DNA of 20,000 bases from an uncultured virus (IMG/VR IMGVR_UViG_3300028832_000124) (taxonomy: Duplodnaviria; Heunggongvirae; Uroviricota; Caudoviricetes), in IMG/VR virus record IMGVR_UViG_3300028832_000124; one strand, 5' to 3'. Positions within the stretch are counted from its first letter, which is position 1. Every line of letters begins with the position of its first letter. Position numbers and translations under genes: made by a program. Below the pieces are notes generated by a model that was given only the letters and a program-made list of their open reading frames with translations, was not told the origin of the DNA and made no database searches. This document shows positions 1 to 8,683 of this stretch, piece after piece.

Positions 1-654
1 CTTCTTACAGGACTCTTCCAGACGGTTGCAATCCTTGTTAGCTGCCTCAAGGTCCTTATCAGCCAGCTCCTTGGCATGCTGAACGTCCTCTAACTTCTTG
101 GAAAGATTCTTCTCGCAGATAAGGGTCTGACGATGGGCCTCCTTGAGATTCTTCAACTCCTTGGCCAGCTTCTCGTTGCAGCCCTTCACGTCCTCAAGAT
201 GCTCAGCCAACTCCTTTTTCTCCTTGACATGGGTGTTGATAACCTCGTCAAGCATCGAAACCTTGCTCTCCAAGATGCGAATCTGAGAGAGAGTAGGACG
301 GACGCGCTTCTTTACCACCTTGAACGGCATTGCCTCGCCATTATAGCGGTTTACGGTGTAGTTTTCTGTATCTTCCGGGGTATATTCTTCGCCAGCCTTA
401 ACGGTACACGTCTTGGCATCGTACTTGAGGCCGTTGGCCTCTAACACTTGGAAGAAACGCTTCTTCTCACGCTTGGTAGCATGACGCGCATAGCGCATAT
501 CGGTGCCAGCAGGGCAATCGGACTCACAATAGGGAGCAAGAGCCTTATAACACACATCACTACCAGTATAACACTCGCCAGTAAATACACGGACATTGCC
601 CAGACCACTGACAATCACATCACCACGCTTAAAAATTCTGTCTTTCGAAATCAT
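1..654 (-). CDS. Hypothetical protein with C-terminal coiled coil (partial, runs off the left edge; not in the ORF track)
   Basis: Manual translation from ATG at 654: MISKDRIFKRGDVIVSGLGNVRVFTG...LAKELKNLKEAHRQ...LEESCKK, open for 218 codons. ATGA overlap with the stop of 651..881. Confidence 0.8.
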   Translation of the reverse strand, partial: MISKDRIFKRGDVIVSGLGNVRVFTGECYTGSDVCYKALAPYCESDCPAGTDMRYARHATKREKKRFFQVLEANGLKYDAKTCTVKAGEEYTPEDTENYTVNRYNGEAMPFKVVKKRVRPTLSQIRILESKVSMLDEVINTHVKEKKELAEHLEDVKGCNEKLAKELKNLKEAHRQTLICEKNLSKKLEDVQHAKELADKDLEAANKDCNRLEESCKK

Positions 655-881
655 AATTCTGCTTTCCAAATCATGTTCATCACTTCTTCGTAACTCTCCA
701 CTACTTCAAGGCAGTGGCCACTATAGAATATTTCAGTATGCGCAGGCTTCACCGCACCATACTCGCCCTTCTCTTCCTTATACGACTCTACGCTCTCTAT
801 ACAATCGGAACGTATAGCGCACACGCACCCGTCAATGAGAGCATGGACCTCGATAAACTCCTTATTCAGCTCGCCCATCAC
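651..881 (-). CDS. Small hypothetical protein (weak FlbD-like pattern)
   Basis: 76-aa ORF with ATGA overlaps on both sides; 'FIEV...IESVE...VVESYEEVMNMI' pattern. Confidence 0.7.
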   Translation of the reverse strand: MMGELNKEFIEVHALIDGCVCAIRSDCIESVESYKEEKGEYGAVKPAHTEIFYSGHCLEVVESYEEVMNMIWKAEL

Positions 882-1108
882 AGCACTTCGTCTTTGTCAA
901 CGGTCAATAGCGTAGGCTGGAAAGGCTGGCCAAACGTCAGCGTAGCCAACCATATCTTACCTTCCTTCATCACCTGCTGTTTCTCTTCATCAGACAACTC
1001 CCAGCAAGTAACCACCTTATCACCGATAACGGCAGCAGGCAACGGCATGTACTCAGGCTGATTCTCGCCCAAAGTAACATTCACTTCGTCAAACTTCAAC
1101 GGCTTCAT
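878..1108 (-). CDS. Conserved phage-type hypothetical protein
   Basis: 76 aa; NQPEYMPLPA...VVTCWELSDEE...IWL..LTFGQPFQP resembles a recurring small phage protein; ATGA-coupled to its neighbours. Confidence 0.75.
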   Translation of the reverse strand: MKPLKFDEVNVTLGENQPEYMPLPAAVIGDKVVTCWELSDEEKQQVMKEGKIWLATLTFGQPFQPTLLTVDKDEVL

Positions 1109-1869
1109 GACTTCTCGGATAAAAGTTCAATGGCACGCTCCAGAGCTTCATCGACAACGCTATCACGCAGACAACGCTCGAACTTACGGCCCTTCTTCAC
1201 CTTCTCACGCTCGGCACGATACGACTGCAGCAGCTTCACACATCTGTCTTTCGACATCTTGCCCTCACCATCAGCAGGAACCAGACGGTCTGTACGATGT
1301 ACGTTATCCATCCGTGCAAACTCACGAATCTTACTCAGCGTCTTTTCGCTGGGCTGGAAATCAATGTGACTACGAATCATATCCTTCTCGTTCGGACCCA
1401 AAGGACGTTTCGCCAAGTCAATACCGATATAGTATCTGAGTGGACGGGTATTCTCCCACTTCTTCAATACATCGGCAAACTCAGCGGCAACATCAATGCT
1501 CTTCTTCTCGCATGGGCCACAACCACACTCAAGAAAGCTACGAATCCAAGAATCTGGATCAGGATTGAAAGTAGGAATGACACGCTTGACAAATTCGTCA
1601 AACTTCACATCTAAGTGCTCTTTCTCACTTTGAATCTGGCTCTCCAAAGCAGTCAACTTCAACACAACATCAGAGACACCAGCAAAAGTACCATCAGGCA
1701 ACTTCACCTCTACATAGTACTTCGTCTCTTCACCAGTAGTCTCAACACTACCTGTTATCTTGCCTACCAGCTTGTCAGTACCAATCTTAACAGTACCTCC
1801 AGCACCAGCAGACACCAATAACTCAGATGCCTTGAAACGTACTAATTCGCCAGTACCATACTTGGCCAT
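1105..1869 (-). CDS. Hypothetical protein, first gene of the leftward operon
   Basis: 254-aa ORF; stop overlaps the next start (ATGA); candidate promoter upstream. Confidence 0.75.
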   Translation of the reverse strand: MAKYGTGELVRFKASELLVSAGAGGTVKIGTDKLVGKITGSVETTGEETKYYVEVKLPDGTFAGVSDVVLKLTALESQIQSEKEHLDVKFDEFVKRVIPTFNPDPDSWIRSFLECGCGPCEKKSIDVAAEFADVLKKWENTRPLRYYIGIDLAKRPLGPNEKDMIRSHIDFQPSEKTLSKIREFARMDNVHRTDRLVPADGEGKMSKDRCVKLLQSYRAEREKVKKGRKFERCLRDSVVDEALERAIELLSEKS

Positions 1870-1992
1870 TACACAAGTAGATACAGAACAACAAGATAAC
1901 CCATTATGAACGATAAGGACGATTTGAAGGATTTTGCCCGGAACTAAGCCCCTCGCTCTATAATACCTATCTTAAGATAACAGAACCCGATG

Positions 1993-2000
1993 CAAAGATA
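1993..2000 (-). promoter_or_regulatory. Bacteroidetes sigma-A -7 box (TATCTTTG) for the leftward operon
   Basis: + strand caaagata = TATCTTTG(CA) on the - strand, matching TAnnTTTG, about 125 bp upstream of ATG 1869. Confidence 0.6.
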
Positions 2001-2854
2001 CACAAAATCATTCATATCATACATATTTATGCAAAAATACCCGTAAATATTAAGGATTTTTAATGAACGATAATATCTGACACCATATTTTACCCTCATT
2101 TTTATGAACGAAATCGTGACATCATCAAAAATGTCAAAATTTCGGTATCGTACATACACGGAATTGTTAAAAAGCTCCGAAAAAATTGGGAAAAAATATT
2201 TTTGAGGTGACAGGGGCGCAAATCTCGTGCCAAAATAGGGGGTGTAGGGGTATTAAAGACTCTTTAACATTATATCTTAATATTCATTAAAATTAAGTGT
2301 CCTGCCTTTTTGTTAGGCTTATTTAACACTATTTCCGATATTATACCTAATAATATAGGATATTATCTTAACACTTTTTAACTTAATATATTTGGTTTAA
2401 CATATTTTTGCATTTCGCGCCACCTTGTCACTTTGAAAAATCTTGACGCCATTTTGTCACTACACCTTTTCTTGACAATATTTTTGCATACCTATTCATT
2501 ACAATATTGCATATATATTCATGCGCTTGTAACTTACTATATATCAGCACTTTACACGCTTTCACGCTTTTCTGAAATATTGACAAAATCACGCAACGAA
2601 GTAAAGAAGTTTTACACGAAATCCGGCTATCATATTATAGTATATTAACACTATTAACAGATCCCAGGTATTTGTTAACACTCTGACCGGATGCTGCCTG
2701 ATTTGTAAACACTATTTAAGTAATATATTAAAACATTTAACAAATATGCTGCTGTGTGCGGCTACATGTTAAAACGTAACCTATTGAATATCAGCACGTT
2801 ACGCAATATATTTTGTAAAGAAAAAAGACACTTGATAATATCATTTTTTTTTCG

Positions 2855-2862
2855 TAACTTTG
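2855..2862 (+). promoter_or_regulatory. Bacteroidetes sigma-A -7 box (TAACTTTG) for the rightward transcript
   Basis: Matches TAnnTTTG about 85 bp upstream of ATG 2945. Confidence 0.6.
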
Positions 2863-2944
2863 TAGTACAAAAGATGAATATTTATAATTTACTAACCGCC
2901 TACGCTATATGGCACAATAAGTCCGCAGGGCAGCGGCAAAGATT

Positions 2945-3457
2945 ATGAAGAAAGACGAGATTAAGAACGTAGTCGAGAACACGGAGAGCGTAAAGAACGC
3001 AATCGAGAGCGGAAACGAGCTCACGCAGTCCGAAATCCTCAACGCCTACCTGGCAAATCATGCAGTCGAGCACTTTTGCGCTGCACTGAACGAGAACGAA
3101 GACGAAGTGAACGAAGTACTTGCAGCCTGCAAGAAGGAAGAAGGTATCTATTGGCTCTACACTCAGCCCGCAATCGACGGCAAGAAGGCCGACGGCACAC
3201 CACTGCCCACACGCGAAGAGTGGGAGCGCCTGAACACTGAGGCCGTGAGGGTTGACAATCTCGCAGGAAAGCAGTGGTACAAGCGCCCGTTCGTTATCGG
3301 TGACGCTCGCGGTGTCAAGTCAGTCGTTAACGCTTACGACCGCTATCAGTCCGCAATTGACGGAGCCGCCAAGAAGGTAGACAACACGCTCGCCGCTGCT
3401 GCTGCTATCTTAGGCGTTAGCGTTGAGGACTTGAAGGCAATGAAGGGCATCAAGTAA
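2945..3457 (+). CDS. Hypothetical protein, first rightward gene
   Basis: 170-aa ORF between a promoter box and a terminator; C-terminal 'AAAAILGVSVEDLK' helix pair. Confidence 0.8.
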   Translation: MKKDEIKNVVENTESVKNAIESGNELTQSEILNAYLANHAVEHFCAALNENEDEVNEVLAACKKEEGIYWLYTQPAIDGKKADGTPLPTREEWERLNTEAVRVDNLAGKQWYKRPFVIGDARGVKSVVNAYDRYQSAIDGAAKKVDNTLAAAAAILGVSVEDLKAMKGIK

Positions 3458-3478
3458 CGCAGAGCACACCACACCACG

Positions 3479-3517
3479 AAAGACGGGACCGGAAGAAATT
3501 CCGGCCCTATCTTTTTT
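3479..3517 (+). terminator. Rho-independent terminator
   Basis: GGGACCGGAA-gaaa-TTCCGGCCC stem followed by TATCTTTTTT, just after the stop at 3457. Confidence 0.75.
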
Positions 3518-3610
3518 CATGCCAAATCTTTCCGGTAATGCAGCCAGGGGATCTGATTCCCTGATGGTCACAAGCCCACAAATGCAGAGTGACGGAGAAA
3601 CGGGCGAGCC

Positions 3611-3671
3611 GAACGAACAGCCCGAACGAACGAAACGAACGAACGATTTATGAGAACGAACGAACAAACGA
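3611..3671 (+). repeat. Imperfect (GAAC)n tetranucleotide tract
   Basis: gaacgaacagcccgaacgaacgaaacgaacgaacgatttatgagaacgaacgaacaaacga. Confidence 0.8.
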
Positions 3672-3952
3672 TGCAGCCGAGCGATCTGGTTGTCATCAGC
3701 ACGGAAACGTTCAAGGACAGAAAGATTGAGGTTTTCCCCGATTTCTTTGTCTACGATTCCAGGACGAGAGCAGAACTCACCAATGCAGGCAGGATTTATC
3801 TCCGTGCATTATGTGATGACTACATGAACGAGAAAGTAACTGTTGAAGAATTGCTCTGCAATCTCGACACGATTTCCAAGGAATTTCCTTGTGACTCTGA
3901 TTTGGTTTATGACAAGATGTTTTTCGAGTTGACCAAAATGATGGAGAGTTAA
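3650..3952 (+). CDS. Hypothetical protein (true start may be ATG 3671)
   Basis: 100-aa ORF, co-oriented; 3-bp gap to the next ORF. Confidence 0.65.
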   Translation: MRTNEQTMQPSDLVVISTETFKDRKIEVFPDFFVYDSRTRAELTNAGRIYLRALCDDYMNEKVTVEELLCNLDTISKEFPCDSDLVYDKMFFELTKMMES

Positions 3953-3955
3953 ATC

Positions 3956-4318
3956 ATGTACGAACGAGAATATAAGGCGAGCGAGGTTGTCAGACAGCTT
4001 CGCCGCCATCAAGCAAAGCGCAATAATGACGAGCGCAGAGAATTGTGTGACGAGATAGAGAGTACGATTCCCTGTCAGCCCCGACTGATAGAGTTCAAGA
4101 GTACGATAACAGTACGAACGGAGCACGAATCAGAGACATTCCGCGCCAAGTATCTGCGAACGAGTACGCATTTCCCCGGAATAGTGCCAGAGCTGGTGAG
4201 CGAGGACGGGCAGGAGTACATGCTGATAACGTGGCTGACCTACGGAAGTCTGCTGAGATTACTCACGGAAGTACGACGAGGTGAACGGATAAAGAACTAC
4301 CGTTTCTTCGTATCATAA
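3956..4318 (+). CDS. Hypothetical protein
   Basis: 120-aa ORF; contains four AGTACGA copies in two reading frames. Confidence 0.6.
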   Translation: MYEREYKASEVVRQLRRHQAKRNNDERRELCDEIESTIPCQPRLIEFKSTITVRTEHESETFRAKYLRTSTHFPGIVPELVSEDGQEYMLITWLTYGSLLRLLTEVRRGERIKNYRFFVS

Positions 4319-4319
4319 C

Positions 4320-5090
4320 ACAGAGCAGTGAGCGAGTACGATTCTCGCTCATTAATGTGGCCATCCTTCGGGGTGAGAGTTGCAAGCCTCTAACACATAG
4401 CACGGGCAAGGGCCTGTATAAAGACATATCTGCGGAAACCTCCTGAGAACGGAGTACGACATGGATTCGTTGCACGATGAAATGTCGTGGGATATGACAC
4501 TGATGCAGGAAAATGCGGAGAGTTTAGAGCCGCTGCCTGAGCGAACAACGCGACACTCACGCAGTAGGGAGTTGAACCTGCTGAAATGGTCGAATAACGA
4601 GTAGGCCTGGAGCGATCAGATAAAAATCATATTCATTATTACGATTGATTCTCGCAGATGATTGCGAGTACGATATAGAGTTGGCTACCTATCTCGAGTA
4701 CGACTGTAGAAATGCAGTACGATTTATCAGAGGGTAATTCGTGGTGGTTCCCGTCGAAAGGTACGATAACACATTTAATCACTTTAGGATGAATCGGGCC
4801 GTGTGCTCATGGAGTACGATGACCCCACCGCCACAGACGAATTAGATGTTTGTCTGGACGGCAGGGAGAATCTTGCTGCAGAGTACGATGAACGGCTGCA
4901 ATGAAAGATATTACGAGGTGCGAGACCTCAGCATAAAGAATGGCCTGGCATATGACCAAATATGCCATTATCCCTCGGTTGGGGCAACGACGGCCTGCTT
5001 GTCAGGAAAGTCCCAGGTGAACGAAAGACGATAATGAACGAAGAGGGAGAGACTACGGGAGAGAGTGGAATTACCTCCGCTCTCTCTTAC
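4320..5090 (+). ncRNA. Candidate large structured ncRNA or structured leader
   Basis: No convincing ORF. At least 8 hairpins, with cUUCGg and GAAA loops and G-U pairs that work only on the + strand. Seven AGTACGA copies. Confidence 0.45.
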
Positions 5091-5114
5091 TATTTAACCA
5101 ATAAAAGTGCGATT

Positions 5115-5312
5115 ATGAAGAAATTCCTGCAAATCTCGAGAACTATCTTGAGTCTGAGTATTATTACTCTGATTAGTATTGCCATCTGTGCAGTTGTATC
5201 GCTGCTTGTCTTGTACGTTTTCGGCATCAACGATGACACTATCAGATGGTGTGCCAGCATCATGCTTTTTGGCACCATCCTCGTTGCTCTTCTTTTGGGA
5301 GCATTCGATTAA
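5115..5312 (+). CDS. Small membrane protein with two predicted TM helices
   Basis: MKKFLQISRTILSLSIITLISIAICAVVSLLVLYVFG...; start reassigned to ATG 5115 after the motif and A-rich leader. Confidence 0.65.
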   Translation: MKKFLQISRTILSLSIITLISIAICAVVSLLVLYVFGINDDTIRWCASIMLFGTILVALLLGAFD

Positions 5313-5375
5313 CAAAGTCTCACGGATATTTTCGGCAGAAATGTTGAAAATATCGCTCATGTTTCACCAAACAAG

Positions 5376-5663
5376 ATGAATGATATGGATAAGTTAAAGA
5401 AATTGCAGATGGTAGCCAAAGTTCTGAGAGAACACCACGGCTACAAAGGTAACAAGGAGTCAGACCATTCTAATCGGTTTAACTTCAAGTTTGACAAGAG
5501 CGAGGGCATTGCCAGTCCGTGTATCGACGTGTACAATGCAGAGAAAGGAGCAAACCTCTTCTTGTGGCCAGAAATCATAGAGTTGTGTCACGGCTTCGGG
5601 CTGTCGCACTACATACACTATGACAAATATGACCTCGAAGAGGTGGTGCTGCACATCTACTAA
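5376..5663 (+). CDS. Hypothetical protein
   Basis: 95-aa ORF bracketed by two hairpin motifs. Confidence 0.75.
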   Translation: MNDMDKLKKLQMVAKVLREHHGYKGNKESDHSNRFNFKFDKSEGIASPCIDVYNAEKGANLFLWPEIIELCHGFGLSHYIHYDKYDLEEVVLHIY

Positions 5664-5714
5664 GTCTCACGGCTCCATCAGGAGCCACTATTATTCACCA
5701 AATAACGAACGAGT

Positions 5715-5978
5715 ATGAAACAGAAAGTAATCAAAACGACTGCAATCTTCCGTTGCATCGTAACATTCAAGGATGGTGCACACAAAATCATCCGCATGAC
5801 CATTGACAAGGTAGCGCATTTCGTGTATCTTTTCAGACAGCAGGAGAGAAATATCTTCGTGGATGAAACATGTCTCTTCGAGATGTGCGAAAACGAATGG
5901 TTATGTATGTCATCAGTTGCCGGTGCCAAATTCATCAATGACCGCACCGACCAGGAATTTCTCAGTATCAGTCTTTAA
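5715..5978 (+). CDS. Hypothetical protein
   Basis: 87-aa ORF bracketed by hairpin motifs. Confidence 0.75.
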   Translation: MKQKVIKTTAIFRCIVTFKDGAHKIIRMTIDKVAHFVYLFRQQERNIFVDETCLFEMCENEWLCMSSVAGAKFINDRTDQEFLSISL

Positions 5979-6030
5979 AGGGTGGGTACATTTTGTACCC
6001 CTCCCACAACAAACCAATAATTATTGAACG

Positions 6031-6198
6031 ATGGTAGTAAACAAGATTCTCCGCAATAAGTGCGGTTTTTGGTATGTGGGCCGTCTTCTGACTGTTGATC
6101 CCGATGGTGTTCCCGTCTATCAGAAGTTGTCAGATGATTACGTCTACAAAGGATGGGCATTGAACTTTGCCCGTCGTATGTGTATCAAGCTATCGTAG
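6031..6198 (+). CDS. Small hypothetical protein, 55 aa (not in the ORF track)
   Basis: MVVNKILRNKCGFWYVGRLLTVDPDGVPVYQKLSDDYVYKGWALNFARRMCIKLS*; fills the gap between two motifs, and its TAG overlaps the GCCT motif. Confidence 0.65.
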   Translation: MVVNKILRNKCGFWYVGRLLTVDPDGVPVYQKLSDDYVYKGWALNFARRMCIKLS

Positions 6199-6271
6199 CC
6201 TTTTTGGCATGGGTGGGTTTTATTTCGTTCGTTCGCCTGCCTGTGCTGCTATTCACCAATACTATACGAAT

Positions 6272-6730
6272 ATGTTACCATCAGAATTTTATGACAGGAC
6301 GCATATCAAGCTCTCAGGAGATGAATATGCAGACGTAGAGAACATCTACAACAATGTGGAGATGCAAAAGGATGACTTCTGCCAGCATTGGGTTGAAGAA
6401 AAGGAAAATCCGTTGTTCAAGGAGTTAGCCAAAGCATTCTGCAAGCAGACGAAAGAGCTGCTGCAGGCTCAGAGTGACCTCGGCACCATCGAGCACAAAT
6501 ACAAGAGCGAGATTGAGGCCATCAAAAAGGAGAATGAGCGCATCCTTGCTGACAAGGAAGAGGCTCACAAATCTCTGGGTCGTAAGATTATTGAGAATAT
6601 CGACGACGAAGTACGATTGCACGATATTCTTGAGGAAGAGTTCACGATAGACTTTATCATCAAGGTCAAGCTGTATAATGACATGGAGCTTGAGCGAAGT
6701 GAGCGAGACTATCTAATCGGAAAGCTTTAG
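6272..6730 (+). CDS. Hypothetical protein with central coiled coil
   Basis: Start reassigned to ATG 6272 (MLPSEFYDRT...) downstream of the motif; in frame with track ORF 6167..6730. Confidence 0.75.
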   Translation: MLPSEFYDRTHIKLSGDEYADVENIYNNVEMQKDDFCQHWVEEKENPLFKELAKAFCKQTKELLQAQSDLGTIEHKYKSEIEAIKKENERILADKEEAHKSLGRKIIENIDDEVRLHDILEEEFTIDFIIKVKLYNDMELERSERDYLIGKL

Positions 6731-6778
6731 TCTTTAGGAGCCATGAACGGCTCCACTATTCACCAAAAATGTAAGAAT

Positions 6779-7015
6779 ATGGAAAAACTATTGAGAAATC
6801 AGCTTCATCTTGTCGGCTCTGCTGGCACGTTGGAGAATCTTTGTGAGTTCGCTAAGCAGCGTCTTTATTGGGCGCAGCTCGAAACCTCTGAGAGTACACG
6901 CTACGAGTCCCGTATGGGTAAGGTGTACGATGTGAGTAATCGTAACGGCCTCGTTCCTAACATGGTAATCATTCAGAGCAAGGTACGCTGTTCTCTCTAT
7001 CGGATAAAAGAGTGA
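6779..7015 (+). CDS. Hypothetical protein
   Basis: Start reassigned to ATG 6779 (MEKLLRNQ...), because the upstream ATG 6743 lies in the hairpin loop. Confidence 0.7.
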   Translation: MEKLLRNQLHLVGSAGTLENLCEFAKQRLYWAQLETSESTRYESRMGKVYDVSNRNGLVPNMVIIQSKVRCSLYRIKE

Positions 7016-7018
7016 GTC

Positions 7019-7195
7019 ATGAGCAAGTATCATCAGGAAAAGGATCGTGCGCGTCAGATAGCAAAGGACTGGCAGCAGGAAGAATCTCAAATCTCCCTGT
7101 CATGGGAAGGTGTGATGATTGCCGCTGCCTACCTGCAACGACTTGCGCGACGCTACGGACTCATTCGTGAGTTTCGTGAGAATGCCATCATCTAA
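7019..7195 (+). CDS. Small conserved-looking hypothetical protein, 58 aa (not in the ORF track)
   Basis: MSKYHQEKDRARQIAKDWQQEESQISLSWEGVMIAAAYLQRLARRYGLIREFRENAII*; the RYGL.REFREN ending resembles a recurring gut mobile-element protein. Confidence 0.7.
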   Translation: MSKYHQEKDRARQIAKDWQQEESQISLSWEGVMIAAAYLQRLARRYGLIREFRENAII

Positions 7196-7206
7196 ATGCT
7201 ACAGCT

Positions 7207-7365
7207 ATGCCAAAGGGTAAAGTAAGGTGGCTCACGTTCACTGACAATCCCCGTTGGGGCAGATATTTCATCGGTGAGAGTGAGTCCAGACAGGAAGCCA
7301 TCGACAAAGGTAAGGCAGCAAACAAAGGCAGATTCGTAGTTGAACGGAGAGTAAAGTTCAAGTAG
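7207..7365 (+). CDS. Small basic hypothetical protein, 52 aa (not in the ORF track)
   Basis: MPKGKVRWLTFTDNPRWGRYFIGESESRQEAIDKGKAANKGRFVVERRVKFK*; TAG overlaps the GTCT motif. Confidence 0.65.
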   Translation: MPKGKVRWLTFTDNPRWGRYFIGESESRQEAIDKGKAANKGRFVVERRVKFK

Positions 7366-7417
7366 TCTTTTGCGGCTCTTGCATGGGCCGCACAATTATT
7401 CACCAAATCTTAAGAGT

Positions 7418-7666
7418 ATGATAGAAGTAAAGAAGACCACCTATTTGGTGGACGGCATTCAAGAGCCTTGCTACGAGGTTTCTGACGGCTACGCTATGGT
7501 GCGAATTGCCAAGTGTTACCACATGGTAGGACGTGACACGCTCTATTTGACAGAGTATCTTGATGGAGAGTGGAACGGCTCAGACGAATGGGATGGAGAT
7601 TTCGATGCTCTGCACGATTTCGACGCGAAACGCCTGGCCAAACAATTCTCAGTTTATCTGAACTAA
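7418..7666 (+). CDS. Acidic hypothetical protein
   Basis: Start at ATG 7418 (MIEVKKTTYLVDG...); D/E-rich C-terminal half. Confidence 0.7.
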   Translation: MIEVKKTTYLVDGIQEPCYEVSDGYAMVRIAKCYHMVGRDTLYLTEYLDGEWNGSDEWDGDFDALHDFDAKRLAKQFSVYLN

Positions 7667-7679
7667 TCTCTGATGCGCT

Positions 7680-7850
7680 ATGGTAAAGTACAAAGGTTAT
7701 TCCATTTGGAACGAGCCAACGACGTTTGGCCGTCCTAACTGGCATGTTGGCACAGTCCAAAATGACGGGAAAATGTTGGTCCATGCCTCCGGCTATGGCA
7801 GTTGTCTGTCTGCTAAGCGTGCTGCTGATGCACATTTTGGCAGGCTGTAG
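7680..7850 (+). CDS. Small hypothetical protein, 56 aa (not in the ORF track)
   Basis: MVKYKGYSIWNEPTTFGRPNWHVGTVQNDGKMLVHASGYGSCLSAKRAADAHFGRL*; TAG overlaps the GTCT motif. Confidence 0.65.
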   Translation: MVKYKGYSIWNEPTTFGRPNWHVGTVQNDGKMLVHASGYGSCLSAKRAADAHFGRL

Positions 7851-7895
7851 TCTTTCGCTCCTTCGGGAGCACTATTCACCATATTTATTCAGCTT

Positions 7896-8249
7896 ATGAT
7901 TATCACAGACGAAACAAAGCAAAGATTCCTGCGGATGCTCAATGAGCGTCAGATTATTGTCATCCAATGTGACCACGGAAAGTCTCACAAGACCTACGAT
8001 TTCAAGTTCATTGGTGCCAATAGTGAAGGAAAGTGGGATTTCACTCCCATGATGGTAGAAATGAGCAGATACCCATCCAACAAGAGCACAAACGTAAAAT
8101 ACCTGTCAGTCCGTGCTCTGGATGCTGTGTCTGTCATCTGCGAGGTTATTGAGAAGATGAAGGAAGAGGGTATCTTGAACTTCGAGTACGCTTTCGGTTA
8201 CGAATTGTATCAGATAGTACGAGATAAAATCTGCACCTTCTATGTCTGA
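7896..8249 (+). CDS. Hypothetical protein
   Basis: 117-aa ORF bracketed by motifs. Confidence 0.75.
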   Translation: MIITDETKQRFLRMLNERQIIVIQCDHGKSHKTYDFKFIGANSEGKWDFTPMMVEMSRYPSNKSTNVKYLSVRALDAVSVICEVIEKMKEEGILNFEYAFGYELYQIVRDKICTFYV

Positions 8250-8295
8250 GTCTCTTGGGGCCGAACGGCCCACTATAAACCAAACGTTATGAATT

Positions 8296-8625
8296 ATGAA
8301 AGCATTGTGTATCTCAACTTGTCATCTGATTGCTAACGGACATGGCTCTATCTTTGAGCCAGTACGCGAAATCAGCGGTAAGAAGTTCTATTGCAAAGGA
8401 GATTTCTCCATTGCAAAATCTTGTGAGAGGGCTTATGTGGTTCTTTGGAAGAATGTGATTGTTGGGGAGTTTGTTGGAGCGAACAAAGAGCTTGTTGACT
8501 TACTACACTCCAAGACTGCACCGGACTCAAAGAAGGTCATGCAGAGTTACAACTACAGGACCGCATTGGCTGATATTGAGGAAGCTCAGAAATGGGCAGA
8601 ACGTTACAATTTCAAAATTTGCTAA
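8296..8625 (+). CDS. Hypothetical protein
   Basis: 109-aa ORF bracketed by motifs. Confidence 0.75.
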   Translation: MKALCISTCHLIANGHGSIFEPVREISGKKFYCKGDFSIAKSCERAYVVLWKNVIVGEFVGANKELVDLLHSKTAPDSKKVMQSYNYRTALADIEEAQKWAERYNFKIC

Positions 8626-8683
8626 ACGTCTCTTGTGTGGCTATAATGTAGCCACAGCTATTAACCCCTAAACTTATAGGAAT

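Noticed and set aside
133..1821. + strand ORFs over the leftward operon
   Set aside because: Antisense shadows of four ATGA-coupled - strand genes.
1944..2948. ORFs 1944..2159, 2433..2648 and 2754..2948
   Set aside because: Short ORFs in very AT-rich regulatory DNA with low-complexity I/F/Y/N composition, overlapping promoter and IHF-like motifs.
4846..5114. ORF 4846..5034 and the N-terminal extension of 4962..5312
   Set aside because: They run through strong hairpins and lack the A-rich leader used by the other genes; ATG 5115 is the better start. A small peptide cannot be fully excluded.
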